NCBI RefSeq assembly: GCF_001194135.2 | Contig: NC_068993.1 | Span: 28,802,394 to 28,866,393, forward strand | Direction: 5' to 3' | Length of the DNA stretch: 64,000 nucleotides | Origin: Octopus bimaculoides | Lineage: Eukaryota | Shown here: positions 25,985 to 39,095 of the stretch, one piece after another | How the letters are laid out: every line of letters starts with the position of its first letter | Position numbering within the stretch: position 1 is the first letter of the stretch | Made by a program: the position numbers and the translations under genes | The notes under the pieces: model-generated | The model's database searches: none | The model's input: the letters and a program-made list of their open reading frames with translations, nothing else | Told to the model about the DNA's origin: nothing

Positions 25985-28900
25985 TAAGGTTTTCTGGGTA
26001 GGGGACACTGATGGAGTTGGGGGCATGGGTATTCTTCTCGTGGAGAAATGGGTTCATAAAGTAATCTAGGTAGTTAGAGTATGTGATAGAATACTTAAAG
26101 TTAGATTAGTGCTGGAGCATGGATTAGCAACCATTATCTTGGATTATGCCTCTCAGCCAGGGCTACCTGATGAACAGAAAAACCGATTTATGATACCCTC
26201 TTGCTGACTACCTCATCGATGAATGACAGGGATCTTCTCTTTGTGGCTGGGCATGTTGGACAACATGCAGGGGGCTTCCATGTTGTACATGGTGGGTAGG
26301 GATTTGGTTCCCGCAATGAGGAGAGAACCAGGCTGCTGGAGTTCTGTGATGCAAATGATCATATGGTTTGTATGACTAACTTTAGGAAACCTGCCAGTCA
26401 CCTATTCACCTACTGGTCTGGTGGACACACTAGTCAGTTTGACTACATCCTTGCCAGGAAATGGGAAAAATGGCTACTTATAATGCCAAAACCTTCCCAG
26501 GTGAAGAATGCACCCCACAACATAGGTTAGTAGTTAGTGACTTCAGGATCAGGGCTAAATGGATGCCCAGAAGATAACCAGCATGGAAAAGAAGCTTAAG
26601 GATCCTGTGAACAAACAGAGATTTAGAGACATATTACTTGAAGCTCTTGACGAAATAGAAGAGGATATAGCATCACATAATGTGGAAAACAACTGGAGGT
26701 TCCTACGGGACAACCAGTTGAGGGCTACTGACCAGAACTGTGGATGGTGCAAAGTCCCCTCTCAACCTTAGGTAACGTGGTGGTGGAGCAATGTAGTTGA
26801 TAGGGTTATTACGGAAAAGAAACAGTCATGGAAGGACTGGAAGAACAGTGATAGCAGGGAACTGTATCAAATTGCCAGAAGGGAAGCTAGGAGACAGGTT
26901 TACTTAGCCAGAGGGGAAGCAGATAAGAAAAAAATTGCCAATGTTCTGCATCATGAGGCCCAAAGACTTGAAGTGTTTCGTGTTGCAAGACAGTGTGTGA
27001 GAGAGAATCATGATGACATAGAAGAGAAATGTGTCCGTGTTGATGATGGCTCACTTGCATTTAATGAGGCTGCAAAGAGAGAGACTTGGAGATGCCACTA
27101 TGAAAGGTTGCTAAATGAAGAGAATGAATGAGAGAAAGAGAGTCTGCCAAATGTCGACCCAACAGAGTAACCAGCTATCCAAATTGACAGTACCTTGGTA
27201 GATAAAGCAATTAAGAGTATGAAGACAGGGAAAGCCCCCAACCCATCAGGAATCACCGCAGAGATGCTTAAAATATCTGGTGGTGTTGGCTATAGTCTAG
27301 TCACATGTATAGTCAATCAGGTGGTACATGAAGGAGTCATACCCAATGACTGGTGTAGCAGCACCATAGTCAGCTGCTACAAAGGTAAAGGTGATGCATT
27401 AGATATAAATAATTACAGAGGATCAAGTTGTTGGGTCAGGTAATGAAAATCACAGAGAGGGTCATAGCCCAACTAATTAGGGAGAGAGTTAGTTTAGATG
27501 AGACACAGTTTGGGTTTGTGGCAGGGAGAAGCACCACTGATGCTATATTTCTGGTAAGACAGCTGCAGGAGAAATATCTAGCCAAGGATAAACCTCTGTA
27601 CTTGGCTTTTGTTGACATGGAGAAAGCCTTTGACAGGGTTCCCCAACCCTGGTGGTCAATGTAGAAACTAGGGATAGATGAATGGTTAGTGAGAGCTGTA
27701 CAAGGCAGGGATGCTGTCAGTAAAGTGAGGGTTGGTAAAGTTTTCTGGTTAAGAATTGGGGTCCCCCAAGGATCAGTCCTCAGCGCCCTCTTAATCATCA
27801 TAGTTCTCCAAGCAATGAAAGAGGAATTCAAGACAAGATGTCCCTGGGAGTTTCTCTATGCTGATGACCTTGCATTAATAGCTGAGTCGCTATCAGAACT
27901 AGAGGAGAAGTTTCAGGTGTGGAAGCAAGGTCTAGAATCAAAGAACTTTAGAAGTAATCTAGCAAAAACCTAAATCTTAGTAAGTAGGAAGGCAGACATA
28001 TCACAAATCTCTTCAGGTAGATGGCCCTGCTTGATCTATAGAAAAGGCATAGGTAGAAACTCCATAAGATGTACCAGTGTAGCTATGAACACATAAGAGG
28101 TGCAGCAATATCAAAGCAAGGCTAACTGGGAAGATAGTTTTTGTGTGGCAAATGCACAGGGGCAATAAACACTGAAAATGTGCAGAAAACAGCATTGTCA
28201 CATGCCAGGGGGAAAAACTAGAAGTTTCTGTTACCTAGGTGAGCAAGTCAGTAGCTGGGGTGGATGCTCTGAGAGCATAGCTGCTAGAATAAGAATAGCC
28301 TGGGTGAAGTTCAGAGAGCTCCTACCTCTGCTGGTAACAAAAGGCCTCTCGCTCAGTGTGAAAGGTAGACTGTATGATGCATGTGTGTAAACAACCATGC
28401 TACACAGTAGTGAAACATGGGCTGTGACTGCTGAGGACATGTGTAAGCTTGAAAGAAATGAAGCTAGTATGCTCTACTGGATGTGTAATGTCAGTGTGCA
28501 TACATGACAGAGTTTAAGTGCCCTGAGAGAAAAGTTGGGCATAAGAAGCATCAGATGTAGTGTGCAAGAGAGATGACTGTGCTGGTATGGTCATGTGTTG
28601 CATATGAATGAGGACAGCTGCTTTAAAAAGTGTCACACTCTAACAGTGGAGGGAACCTGGGGAAGAGGTAAACCCAGAAAGACCTGGACTGAGGTAGTGA
28701 AGTACAACCTTCGAACATTGGGCTTCACAGAGGCAATGACAAGGGACTGAGACCTTTGGAGATATGCAATGCTTGAGAAGACCTGGCAAGCCAAGTGAGA
28801 CCTTAACTGTGGCCGACGCCAGTGTAGCATAACTGGTTCATTTAAGAGTACCCTTCAATCATTGGACAATAAACTGTGCTTGAGAAGACCTGTTGAGTCA

Positions 28901-29280
28901 AGTGAGATCTTTGTCGTAGTTGATGCCAGTACCACCTGACTGGTAACCATGCCAGTAGCACATAAAAAGCACCATTCGAGCATGGTTGATGCTAGTCTCA
29001 CCAGACTTGCTTCCGTGCTGATGGCACATAAAATGCAGTATACAAACGTGGTCAATGCCAGTGCCACCTGACTGGCCCTCGTGCCAGTGACATGTAAAAT
29101 GCATGCACTACACTCTTGGAGTGGTTGGCGTTAGGAAGGGCATCCAGCTGTGGAAAACTTGCTAGATGAGATTGGAGCCTGGTGCAGCCTTCTGGCTTGC
29201 CAGTCCTCAGTCAAACTGTCCAACCCATGCCAGCATGGAAAGCAGGCATTAAACGATGATGATGATGATGATGATGATTT
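25985..29280 (+). mobile_element. 5'-truncated degenerate RTE-clade LINE (same family as 6215-10340)
   Basis: APE remnant from 25985, KAPNPSG..YKGKGDALD (27195), FVDMEKAFD (27600), GVPQGSVLS and FLYADDL (27689-27973), 3' UTR and (ATG)n at 29255-29278. Confidence 0.93.
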
Positions 29281-29389
29281 ATGTGTAGGACAAAAGCCCC
29301 TCAGACAAAACAAACCTCCATAATTAAAGTGTGAAAGTGGTCAAAACCCACTTGGTTATATTTTTCAGCTATTTTTTCGTTTTTTTTCC

Positions 29390-29715
29390 CCTTTTACTTC
29401 TTTCATTTATTAAACTGCGGTCATGCTGAGGCCCTGCCTTGAAGAATTTTTAGCCAAATGTACCAACGCCAGAATTTTTTTCCCCTTTTTACTTGTTGCA
29501 GTTACTAGACTCTGGCCATGCTAGGGCACCATCTTGAAGAATTTTTCGATGGCTGTATGGAATCTAGACTTTTTTTAAAGCCTGGTCAAAATGACCTTGG
29601 TGATATATTTCGTTTTTTGGTTGTTTTTGTACTTGTTAAATCATTAGTTTGGCCATGCTGGGGCACCGCTTGAAGAATTTTTAGTCAAATGTACCGACCC
29701 CAGAATTTTTTTAGG
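29390..29715 (-). repeat. Tandemly iterated SINE-tail units
   Basis: Three copies of …GGCCATGCTGGGGCACC.CCTTGAAGAATTTTT…, the reverse complement of the units at 30397-30645. Confidence 0.7.
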
Positions 29716-30139
29716 TGATTTTCAACCAACGCATGAAGTTAAGCCTGGAAGGTTTCTGTACATGCTAGAAATAACAGCCAAATCTCTTTAATTTTTCTTT
29801 TTCTTGCTAATTTCACATAAACAAAATTGGAAACTTTTTTTTTTCCAAAATTCTAATTTTTAAGTAAACAAAAATATATTTAATTGAAAATAAATAAGTA
29901 GAATAGAATAACAGAACACAAGACTTTTTACTACTTAATGTATATAGTGTCTAAATTGTAACAAAAAGAAAGGCATTTACTTCAAGAAATGTGTAGGAAG
30001 ATAGAAACCATATAAAGTACGGTTGAATGACTAGCCCTCAGCGCCATAATTCTGTTACACCTTGAATGGCCGAAGAAAGTTCAAATGGTCAGCTCATTCT
30101 CATTAATCTCTAAATATAGAGGGAAGAAAACAAAAGACT

Positions 30140-30367
30140 TTAACCCTTTTGATACCAACTCACCTGAAACTGCCTCTGGCTCTATCGTACAAATGTCTTG
30201 TTTTCAAAAGTTTTGAATTAAATTGTGACTAAGGTTTGGTGGAAGATTTTTATGTTCCTAACACTAGCTTAATAACTAAGTTATTTTACTAAATTCTTTG
30301 TTATATTTAAAATTAATTGAAAGAAACAGAGAGTATCTCAACAGAAATATGGTAACAAAAGGGTTAT
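30140..30367. mobile_element. piggyBac-like MITE (220 bp)
   Basis: TTAA|CCCTTTTGATACC (30144-30156) ... GGTAACAAAAGGG|TTAT (30351-30363): 12/13 TIR match, TTAA target with one mismatch. Confidence 0.75.
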
Positions 30368-30396
30368 TTAAATTTTAAAATGCTGATTTTTCTGCA

Positions 30397-30645
30397 ACTA
30401 AAAATTCTTCAAAGCAGTGCCCCAGCATGGCTGCAGTCTAATGACTCAAACAAGTAAGAAAATAAAAAAAATTCTGGGGTTGATACAGTCGACTAAAAAT
30501 TCCTCAAGGCGGTGCTCCAGCACAGTCGCAGTCTAATGACTGAAACAAGTAAAAAAAATTCTGGGGTCGATACATTTGACTAAAAATTCCTCAAGGTGGT
30601 GCCCCAGCATGGCCGCAGTCCAATGACTGAAACACATTAAAAATT
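30397..30645 (+). repeat. Three tandem SINE-tail units (87-95 bp period)
   Basis: ACTAAAAATTC(C/T)TCAAGG.GGTGC.CCAGCA.GG.CGCAGTCTAATGACTGAAACA starts at about 30397, 30492 and 30579. Confidence 0.85.
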
Positions 30646-30824
30646 TTTAGAAGATAAAAAAAAATGAAAAATAACCAAGAAATATAACCAAGGGAGTCCG
30701 GATCCCAAATCCAAAAACGAAATATATATATATATATATATACATACATACATACATACATGCTTATATATAGATGTGTATACATACACTAAATATGTGT
30801 GTGTGTGTGTGTACATACATTTAT

Positions 30825-31221
30825 ATTCTTTTACTTGTTTCAGCCATTTGACTGCAGCCATGCTGGAGCACCGCCTTTAGTCAAGCAAATCAACCCCAGG
30901 ACTTATTCTTTGTAAGCCTTATTCTATCAGTCTCTTCCATTGAACTGCCAGGTTACAAAGATGCAGACACTCCAGCATCGGTTGTCAAACGATGTTGGGT
31001 GGAAAAAAACACACACAACATATACACAAACATACATATATATATTTATATATATATACGATGGGCTTCTTTCAGTTTCCGTCTACCAAATCCACTTACA
31101 AGGCTTTGGTCAGCCCGAGGTTATAGTAGAAGACACTTGCCCAAGGTGCCATGCAGTGGGACTGAACCCAGAACCATGTGGTTGTTAAGCAAGCTAATTA
31201 CCACACAGCCACTCCTGCACC
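30825..31221 (-). mobile_element. tRNA-derived SINE (same family as 5095-5532)
   Basis: Reverse-complement colinearity with 5095-5532, including the internal (TA)n. Confidence 0.85.
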
Positions 31222-31588
31222 TGTGCCACTCCCGTGCCTATATATATGTATATAAATTGATTGGATAAGAGAAATGAAATAAGAGAATAGATGCTTATTC
31301 TATTAGTTTACTTCTGCTTAGTTATATAATAGATATTACATTACCATTCACACATATATAAAATAAACATATGTACACCCTGTCAAAACATCAAGTCAAC
31401 TACTAGCAATCTCAATATATATCACAGATTATAGATGTATTGGGCAGATCACTATGAAATTCTTCAAGGTGGTGCCCTAGCATGGCCAGAGTCTAGCCAC
31501 TATGTATGGTTTCGACTACAGTCATTACTATAGATCAATGCAAATTAGGGAAAGAAGCTGTAGATAAACGCAATATAATAAAAAAAAA

Positions 31589-32400
31589 GGATCTTTGTAA
31601 TTTGACGGGCAACACTTGTTTTCTTAACGAAACACTTTCAAACTTGGGACACTGGTAGAATGTATTGTACAAAACAACTTTTTCTCTTAGCCTTCTTAAC
31701 AAAAAATTATACATCGCAAGTTATTTCATGTTGTTGTATTTCTGTAATTTCAACCAATCACTGACGTCTATTCAGCTGAATACAGTTACTGCTGTTCGGT
31801 GTCAAGTGTGTTATTCCCTGTTTAATTATATCATTATTCCCTAGTAAGGGTTTAGGGTTTTAGGGTTAGGGTTTTAGGGTTAGGGTTGGGGTTAGGTTTG
31901 GGGTTAGGGTTAGGGTTATGGTTATGAGTCATAGGGTTAGAGTTAAGGTTATGGCAAAAATAATCATAACCCTAACCGTAATCATAAAACTAACCCTAAC
32001 TCTAAAACCCGAACCCTAACCCTAAAACCCTAAAGCTAAAACCAGTACAAACGCATGAACGATGTCATAAATAACAGTGACAAACGAAAAATATACCACT
32101 GATAGTTGTTGTTGACAACGGATAGTTTTTGTTGACAAACAACGGGACTAATTTTATTCAAGGGAAAAAATCCTGTAACACCGTTGTTTATATTCCATGG
32201 CGTAATTGTTTTCACCTCAATAGACGTCAGTGATTGGTTGAAATTACCGAAATACGACAATTTTTTACATGAAATAATTTCGAATACAAAATTTTTTATC
32301 TGTTCTATAACACAAAATATACAAGTATTCGAAGTTTGAAAGTGTTTTGGTACCAAAAACACTACATAAAAAAATGTTGCCCGTCAAATCACAAAGATCC
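31589..32400. mobile_element. Non-autonomous TIR (foldback-like) element with central head-to-head telomeric repeats
   Basis: GGATCTTTGTAATTTGACGGGCAACA / TGTTGCCCGTCAAATCACAAAGATCC termini and an inner IR at 31720-31772 vs 32219-32279. Degenerate (TTAGGG)n at 31845-31953, then (CCCTAA)n at 31966-32045. Confidence 0.85.
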
Positions 32401-32937
32401 AAAAAAAAAAGTTTAATAAACCAGCCAGAATTCAGAAAAAGTATAAATTGTAAAATAAGAAAAATCAAAAATCAATTTCTCTCTAAAAACAAAGATATGC
32501 TTACTAAAATAGATTTGTTTTCTAAAGTGAATTATGTAGACCATCCCTATTATTTAAATGAATAAAGCAAATGGTAAGGACCCCCCCCCCCCCGGAAACA
32601 AGAAACAAACAACATCAAAAAAAGAAACAAATAGAATGGAAAGTATGGAGAAAAAAGAAAAGAAGAAAATAGGTAGGGCTTAAGCTGTTGGAATTTCATG
32701 CACTGCTGATTTTGAAGGATAGAATTGACCATATACATTATATGACTATTCACAAGCACATTCACACAGATACATACATTCATATATGAATATTGACAAG
32801 CACAAATACCTCGCCTCCCCAGTTCTAACACAAAACACTAATATCAGAGTAGAAATTAGTTTAATTGACCAAAACAGATTATAGTATTATTTATATGTAT
32901 CAATTTATAGATATTCATACGCGCATGCACGCACACG

Positions 32938-32968
<31 letters not shown>

Positions 32969-35223
32969 GCGCGCGCACATAGGCAATATTCATGCAAATA
33001 CTTTCAAACTCTATCATGCTATTGTACTGACAGTTATAAGAGTTAAAATATTTTTGCTATATTTATGATTACAATTACATAAAATGTAAATGGAAACAAT
33101 ANNNNNNNNNNNNNNNNNNNNNNNNNNNNNNNNNNNNNNNNNNNNNNNNNNNNNNNNNNNNNNNNNNNNNNNNNNNNNNNNNNNNNNNNNNNNNNNNNNN
33201 NNNNNNNNNNNNNNNNNNNNNNNNNNNNNNNNNNNNNNNNNNNNNNNNNNNNNNNNNNNNNNNNNNNNNNNNNNNNNNNNNNNNNNNNNNNNNNNNNNNN
33301 NNNNNNNNNNNNNNNNNNNNNNNNNNNNNNNNNNNNNNNNNNNNNNNNNNNNNNNNNNNNNNNNNNNNNNNNNNNNNNNNNNNNNNNNNNNNNNNNNNNN
33401 NNNNNNNNNNNNNNNNNNNNNNNNNNNNNNNNNNNNNNNNNNNNNNNNNNNNNNNNNNNNNNNNNNNNNNNNNNNNNNNNNNNNNNNNNNNNNNNNNNNN
33501 NNNNNNNNNNNNNNNNNNNNNNNNNNNNNNNNNNNNNNNNNNNNNNNNNNNNNNNNNNNNNNNNNCATACATGAAGATGGAAAGTGTCACTAAAGAGGTC
33601 ACAGATGTGTGACGAAAGATTTCTGGACAATGGACATGAGTTAGAATAAGAACAGTAATAAATGAGTGAAGAATGAATATATTGTGTGTGTGTTTATTTA
33701 GCAAAAAAAAAAAAATGATCATCCTGAAATACAACAATATCTGTTTCAACACACGATTTCATATCAGGAATCTTGCAACACAAATTCATAAGTGATTTAT
33801 TTAAAGTTTCATATTAAGACACATCATGCATAAAATGACAGCTTCCAAATCCTGTTTTCTGACTGGGTGAAAATGATCAAACTTTAAACCTCTATAACTT
33901 TTTTAAAAAATGTTTTCTGGTCAAAGTGAAATATCTCCTGAGATTTAGCTTGGAAAACTACATTAATGTACCAAATTTTCAAATCTTCAATAAACTTTGA
34001 ATTTTCTATAATTGGGCGCCAAACTGAAAATATCCAAATAAAATAGAATAAGGTAAAATAAAGTATGGGAAACAGATCTAGAATAAATTCAAAGGAGCTA
34101 CTTTTATTGTAAACTAGTACCATTAATATAGCACTAGATTACATGCTGGTAGCTTAGTTACAAATAAAGATATAAGGAAGATCAATGGCACATATATGGA
34201 CATCTTATAAACTGATTTACAGCTTAGTTGATATATTAAAGATTAAAGATATCCACCAATTAAAGTTTTTTTATATATCATTATTCCCTAAATGTGATAA
34301 TGCAAAACTGCTGATTGAAATCAGCTCAGTTGAACTATGATTAGATAGACTAAGTAAGGTAGAATAAGGTAAAAATGCAGAAATAAGGGAGATAGTGATT
34401 ATACCAATCAAAGGTGATATAGCTATAAGGTATTAACTGTGCATTTAGAGGAAGCTATTACACTAATGTTTTGCATTGTATAGGAAGGACATGTGGTACA
34501 CTCCTATATGCATAAATTGCAAATATCATTATTACCTTTATACAGTTGTGTTTTGCATATACTGGACCACAAAATTTTATACTGGATTCTTTTATCAGTA
34601 AACATCCATAGAAAACTAGCTAAAGATGTGAAGTTAGCTTCATTACTATCCCTAAAGCTACAAAGTATGGTTATAATACCTACATGTATATTTATTTGAG
34701 GTAGTCCAAATATAAGCGTAGACATTTCCTAGTGCTTTTACAGAACATTTATGTACTACATTGTTACTTAGGCAATGTGCAACAAGTGAACACAAGGATT
34801 TATTTATACAATTACAGAGTTTATTTACTTGATTAGATAAGTTAGGGTTATTGTTGGGTTAAGATGTACATTATTGTTCTGAAGATTAGATCCCAGTTGA
34901 TTTATGCTATTATTTAGATTATTAAATCCAAGGGTCTTATGATTAGAGGATGGACTGTATAATTTTCTATTGTTGAATCTAACTATGAACTGGCAATATT
35001 AGGTATTGTCCAGCATCCTTGCATTTTAAAATTTATATAATGCCTAAACAGAGCCTGAAAGATTGCTTGGAGGTACATGCTGCATTTTATAAATATGTCT
35101 GTTCAAGTATCATAAAGGCGTGAAACTATTAGTAGCTCTTTTGGTTGTGTATTAAACTGATATTTATCTCTCATTGGATGGAATATTTTTTTTTTGTTGA
35201 TTCTACCTCCATTGGATCTATAT

Positions 35224-35271
<48 letters not shown>

Positions 35272-35299
35272 TATACATTTCATTCTCCATCTCAACTGC

Positions 35300-37560
35300 T
35301 TTCTCCATGACTTTTCTTGCTCACACTAAATTATACAAACTTCAATCACTCCTTCATCCTGTCCCACCTGATGTAGTTCTCTTCAATTTCTTTATATAGG
35401 TTTTGTTCCCAATACTGAGTTTGCAAAGACTGGAGCAAATTGCGTCCCCATAGCTGTGCTTCAAATTTGGAGGTAGTTTTTTTCCGTTGAAAAGGAATGT
35501 ATTGTTTTTGAGAATGAGGCTGACCATGAAGATTATAGTATATCTACTCAGGATATTTTATGACAGTAAGTCCCAAATCATGTGGAATGTTTGTATATAA
35601 GTTTGTTACATCAAAACTAACTAGCAGTGAATGGGGTTCTGTTGTTTTGGGCAGATATGACAGGAAGTCAATGTCATCTTGAATGAAACTGAGTATGTGA
35701 CTACATAGTGGTTTTAGGATAATGTCAAGAGGTTGCTCAGACAATGTGTAGGACAGGCCAGACCAACTATAATGAGTCTTAGTTTAAAATCCTTTGGTTG
35801 TGGTAGTTTTATAAATTCACAACCTTGTTCCTTTATAGTGTTCTGTATTTCTTTTGACTTATGTATTTTGGGTAAGTCATAGAAGTTGTTGGATTTCAAT
35901 TCGAAATTGGTAATATAGTCCCTTTCATTAGAAGTGAGGGAGTTATAATGTTGTGAAACTAAATAATTGAATTTCTTCATAATGTGGTGTTCAATATTTG
36001 AGGGTATTTCATGGTAGAACGTTGTATCTTTTAAATGATCTTCAGCTAGATTCTGGTAATATTCTGTATCCATTATAATAATGGCACCCCTTTGTCTGCT
36101 TGTTTGATGACAATTGTGTTGTCATTTGACAACGTATAAGGGCAGACTTTTCTAGTTTTGAAATGTTTGAAATGTCTGACATTGATATTATGCTTCAGTG
36201 GGAATCTGGAGAGGATGTCAATGAACTGATCTAGATGTTTAAATTTTGTTTCATTTTTCACCAAGGATTCGTCATTCTCTTTATTTTTATCAGTAAAAAA
36301 CTCCACAAGTCGTAGTTTCCAATAGAAGTTTTTGATATCTTCCTCCAATTCCTGATGGTTGACTGTAGGTGTAGGTGTAAATTTTAGTCCTTTCATCAAT
36401 AATCAAAGTTTGTCACTGTCTATATTTCTTTTTGACAGATTAATAATTTTAGGATCTATCCTATCAATTGTTTCACAGTTGTTTCTTCTTGGAATTTTTC
36501 TTTCTTTGGTGTTTGCTGTCCTGATCTTAAAAGATCGATTTCTTTTTGTCTATTATTTCTTCTATTATCAACATCTTTCCTCTGGCAAGCTTTGTACTTT
36601 GGTTGTGGTGTTTGGTCAGGTATGTTTTTCTCTTGTTTCTAGGTATGGGCATATTATTTATATTTTCAGTTTGTGAAAAGAATTTTTGGGATTTATTTGA
36701 CAGTCTATTTATTTGGTTTTTGTTGTTTCTAATAGGCTATTTTTGTTGAGGTCTTGAATGTGATTTCTTCCCAGTTTTACTTCCTCTCATATTTTGATCA
36801 AATGAATAATTGTTTTGTTTACTAATGTTTTGATCTAAGAAATGTTTATTTTGTTTATGATATTCTTGTATGTTACATGTATTGGTGTTTCTTTGTATAT
36901 TTTAATGATAAAAAGTTCTTACTGTAGTTCCTTGTGGTTGACTGTTTTTGTTGCCAAGTGTTTTTGCATATGTTGTGTTGGTTAGGTTGCTTTTTTATAT
37001 TTCTTTTATGTGGTACTGAGGTGTCATTACTATAGTTTTTAGCATATTTATCAAAGAACAATTGTTTCTTTTGCTATAAATGTCTTCATTTACTTTCTTC
37101 TTTTGTAATATCTTTAACCCACATCTCTTTCATTTTCTCAGCTTTGTTTCCTGTGGCTATTTTCGATATTGCCTTGATAATTTCATTGTCTACTGTTTCA
37201 TATTTTGTCTTGAATCGAGACTCTTTATTTAGATTAATAGAGATGTCTTTCTTCACTTTTGACATAGTCAGCACCCATCTTAGTTTTGTTTCCTCCTTCA
37301 GTTCTATAATTTCTTTAATTAAGAATTTACGGGGAAGTATGGGTATATCTGACTCAATCTAATATGTGTATATCTCAGCATGTATTTTACATTTGTATGC
37401 CTTCCAAAAATTCCCTTTACATGTCAACCAAATTTGTTTTCTTTTTCTATAGGTTTCGTTTTCTAAATTTTTGTTAAGCTTTTGTATCCATGATGGCTGT
37501 GTTAGACTTTCTCTTGGAGATTTTACCACTTCTGATAGGGTCTCGGTCAATATACAGCTT
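35300..37560 (-). mobile_element. 3'-truncated Penelope-like element (N-terminal region + RT)
   Basis: KGLKFTPTP, IVIKQADKG, FYDLPKIHK, LRLII, LLVSFDVTNLYTNIP, and NNTFLFNGKNYLQI*STAMGTQFAPVFAN. Confidence 0.88.
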
Positions 37561-39095
37561 AAGTCTCTGTCACAAAAACAGGAAAAAAAATCAGCCTACT
37601 AGCTGTAAAAAAAAATGTGTAGAAAATGAATACAAATCAAACATTTGTGCGAACGAACGGGGTGGGGTGGGGAGAGGACTTTTGGAAAATTCACATGATC
37701 CAATTTTTCTCTCATAACTTTATGGAAAATGGATATATATATATTACTGAAATTTTATAGAAATTCTGTTTAAATGGCACAGATTATGATTATAAAGAAA
37801 TTTCTGGGGAAAATATTTTCTGAAGGGGTGGAGAGAGGATGGTCAGAAAGTTCCATTTTTTTTCCCTCATAACTTTCAGGATCTAGTTTAGCGCCTGGTC
37901 ACCAAAACGACAAAAAAACCCATTGTACTAGGTCTACAAAGACATGTAGAAAATGAATATGAAAACAAAAATTTGTGCTAACGAATGGGTGGTGGGTGTT
38001 GAGAGGACTTTTGGAAAATTCACATGATCCGATTTTTTCCCACATAACTTTCAGGGAAACATTTTCCCCACAAGTTTCTTTATAATCATAATCTATGCCA
38101 TTTGAAAGGTGTTTCTGTAAAATTTTATCAAAAGCTATCCATTTTCCTGAAAGTTATGGGGGGAAAATATCGTATTGGGTGAATTTTCTGAAAGTACTCT
38201 CCCCACCCACCCCTGTTCCTTTGTGCAAATTTTTGCTTTCATATTCATTTTCTACACATTTTCTACATCTAGTACACTGTTTTTTTACGTTTTGGTGACC
38301 AGGCGCTAAACTAGATCCTGAAAGTTATGGAAAAAATGGATAGTGTGAACTTTCCAACAGTCCTCTCCCCGCCCCTTTGGAAAACATTTTACCCACAAAT
38401 TTCTTTATAATCGTAATCTATGCTGTTTGAAAGGTGTTTCTGTGTAAAATTTCAGTAAAAGACATCCATTTTTCTGAAAGTTATGAGGGGAAAAAATCAG
38501 ATCATGTGAATTTTCTGAAAGTCCTCTCTCCACCACCACACCCTCATTTGTTTGCATAAATTTTTGTTTTCTTATTCGTTTTCTACACTTTTTTGTATAC
38601 CTATTAGACTGTCTTTTTGTTGTTTTGGTGACCAGGCACTAAACTAGATCCTGAAAGTTATCTGGGGAAAAAATGGATCGTGTGAACTTTCCAACAGTCC
38701 CCACCCCTTCAGAAAACATTCCCCTCCCACATTTTTTTATAATCGTAAGGTGTTTCTGTAAAATTACATCAAAAGTATCCATTTTCCTTATAGTTATAAG
38801 GGAAAAATTTGGATCATGTGAATTTTCTGAAATCCTCTCCCCACTCCTTCAGAAAAAACTTTCACCAGAAATTTCTTTATAATCGTAATCTGTGCCATCT
38901 ATAAAATTTCAGTAATATGTGTCCATTTTTCTTGATGTTATAAGGGAAAAATCAGATCTTGTGACTTTTCTGAAAGTCCTCTCCCCAAATTTTTATTTTC
39001 ATATTCGTTTTGTACACATTTTTTTACACCTAGTAGGCTAGCTTTTTTTTGTTTTCATGACCGGATCTTAAACTATATATTGATTGGGTCTCAGA
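37540..39095. repeat. About 1.55-kb foldback built from about 333-bp satellite-like units
   Basis: CATAACTTTCAGGATCTAGTTTAGCGCCTGGTCACCAAAA at about 37868 with reverse-complement copies at about 38291 and 38624. Orientation flips at about 38052, and the outer ends (37540-37620 vs 39000-39090) are reverse complements. Confidence 0.85.

Noticed and set aside
31845-32045. Ancestral chromosome fusion site
   Set aside because: The repeats are short and enclosed by matching TIRs, so they are better explained as part of a transposon.
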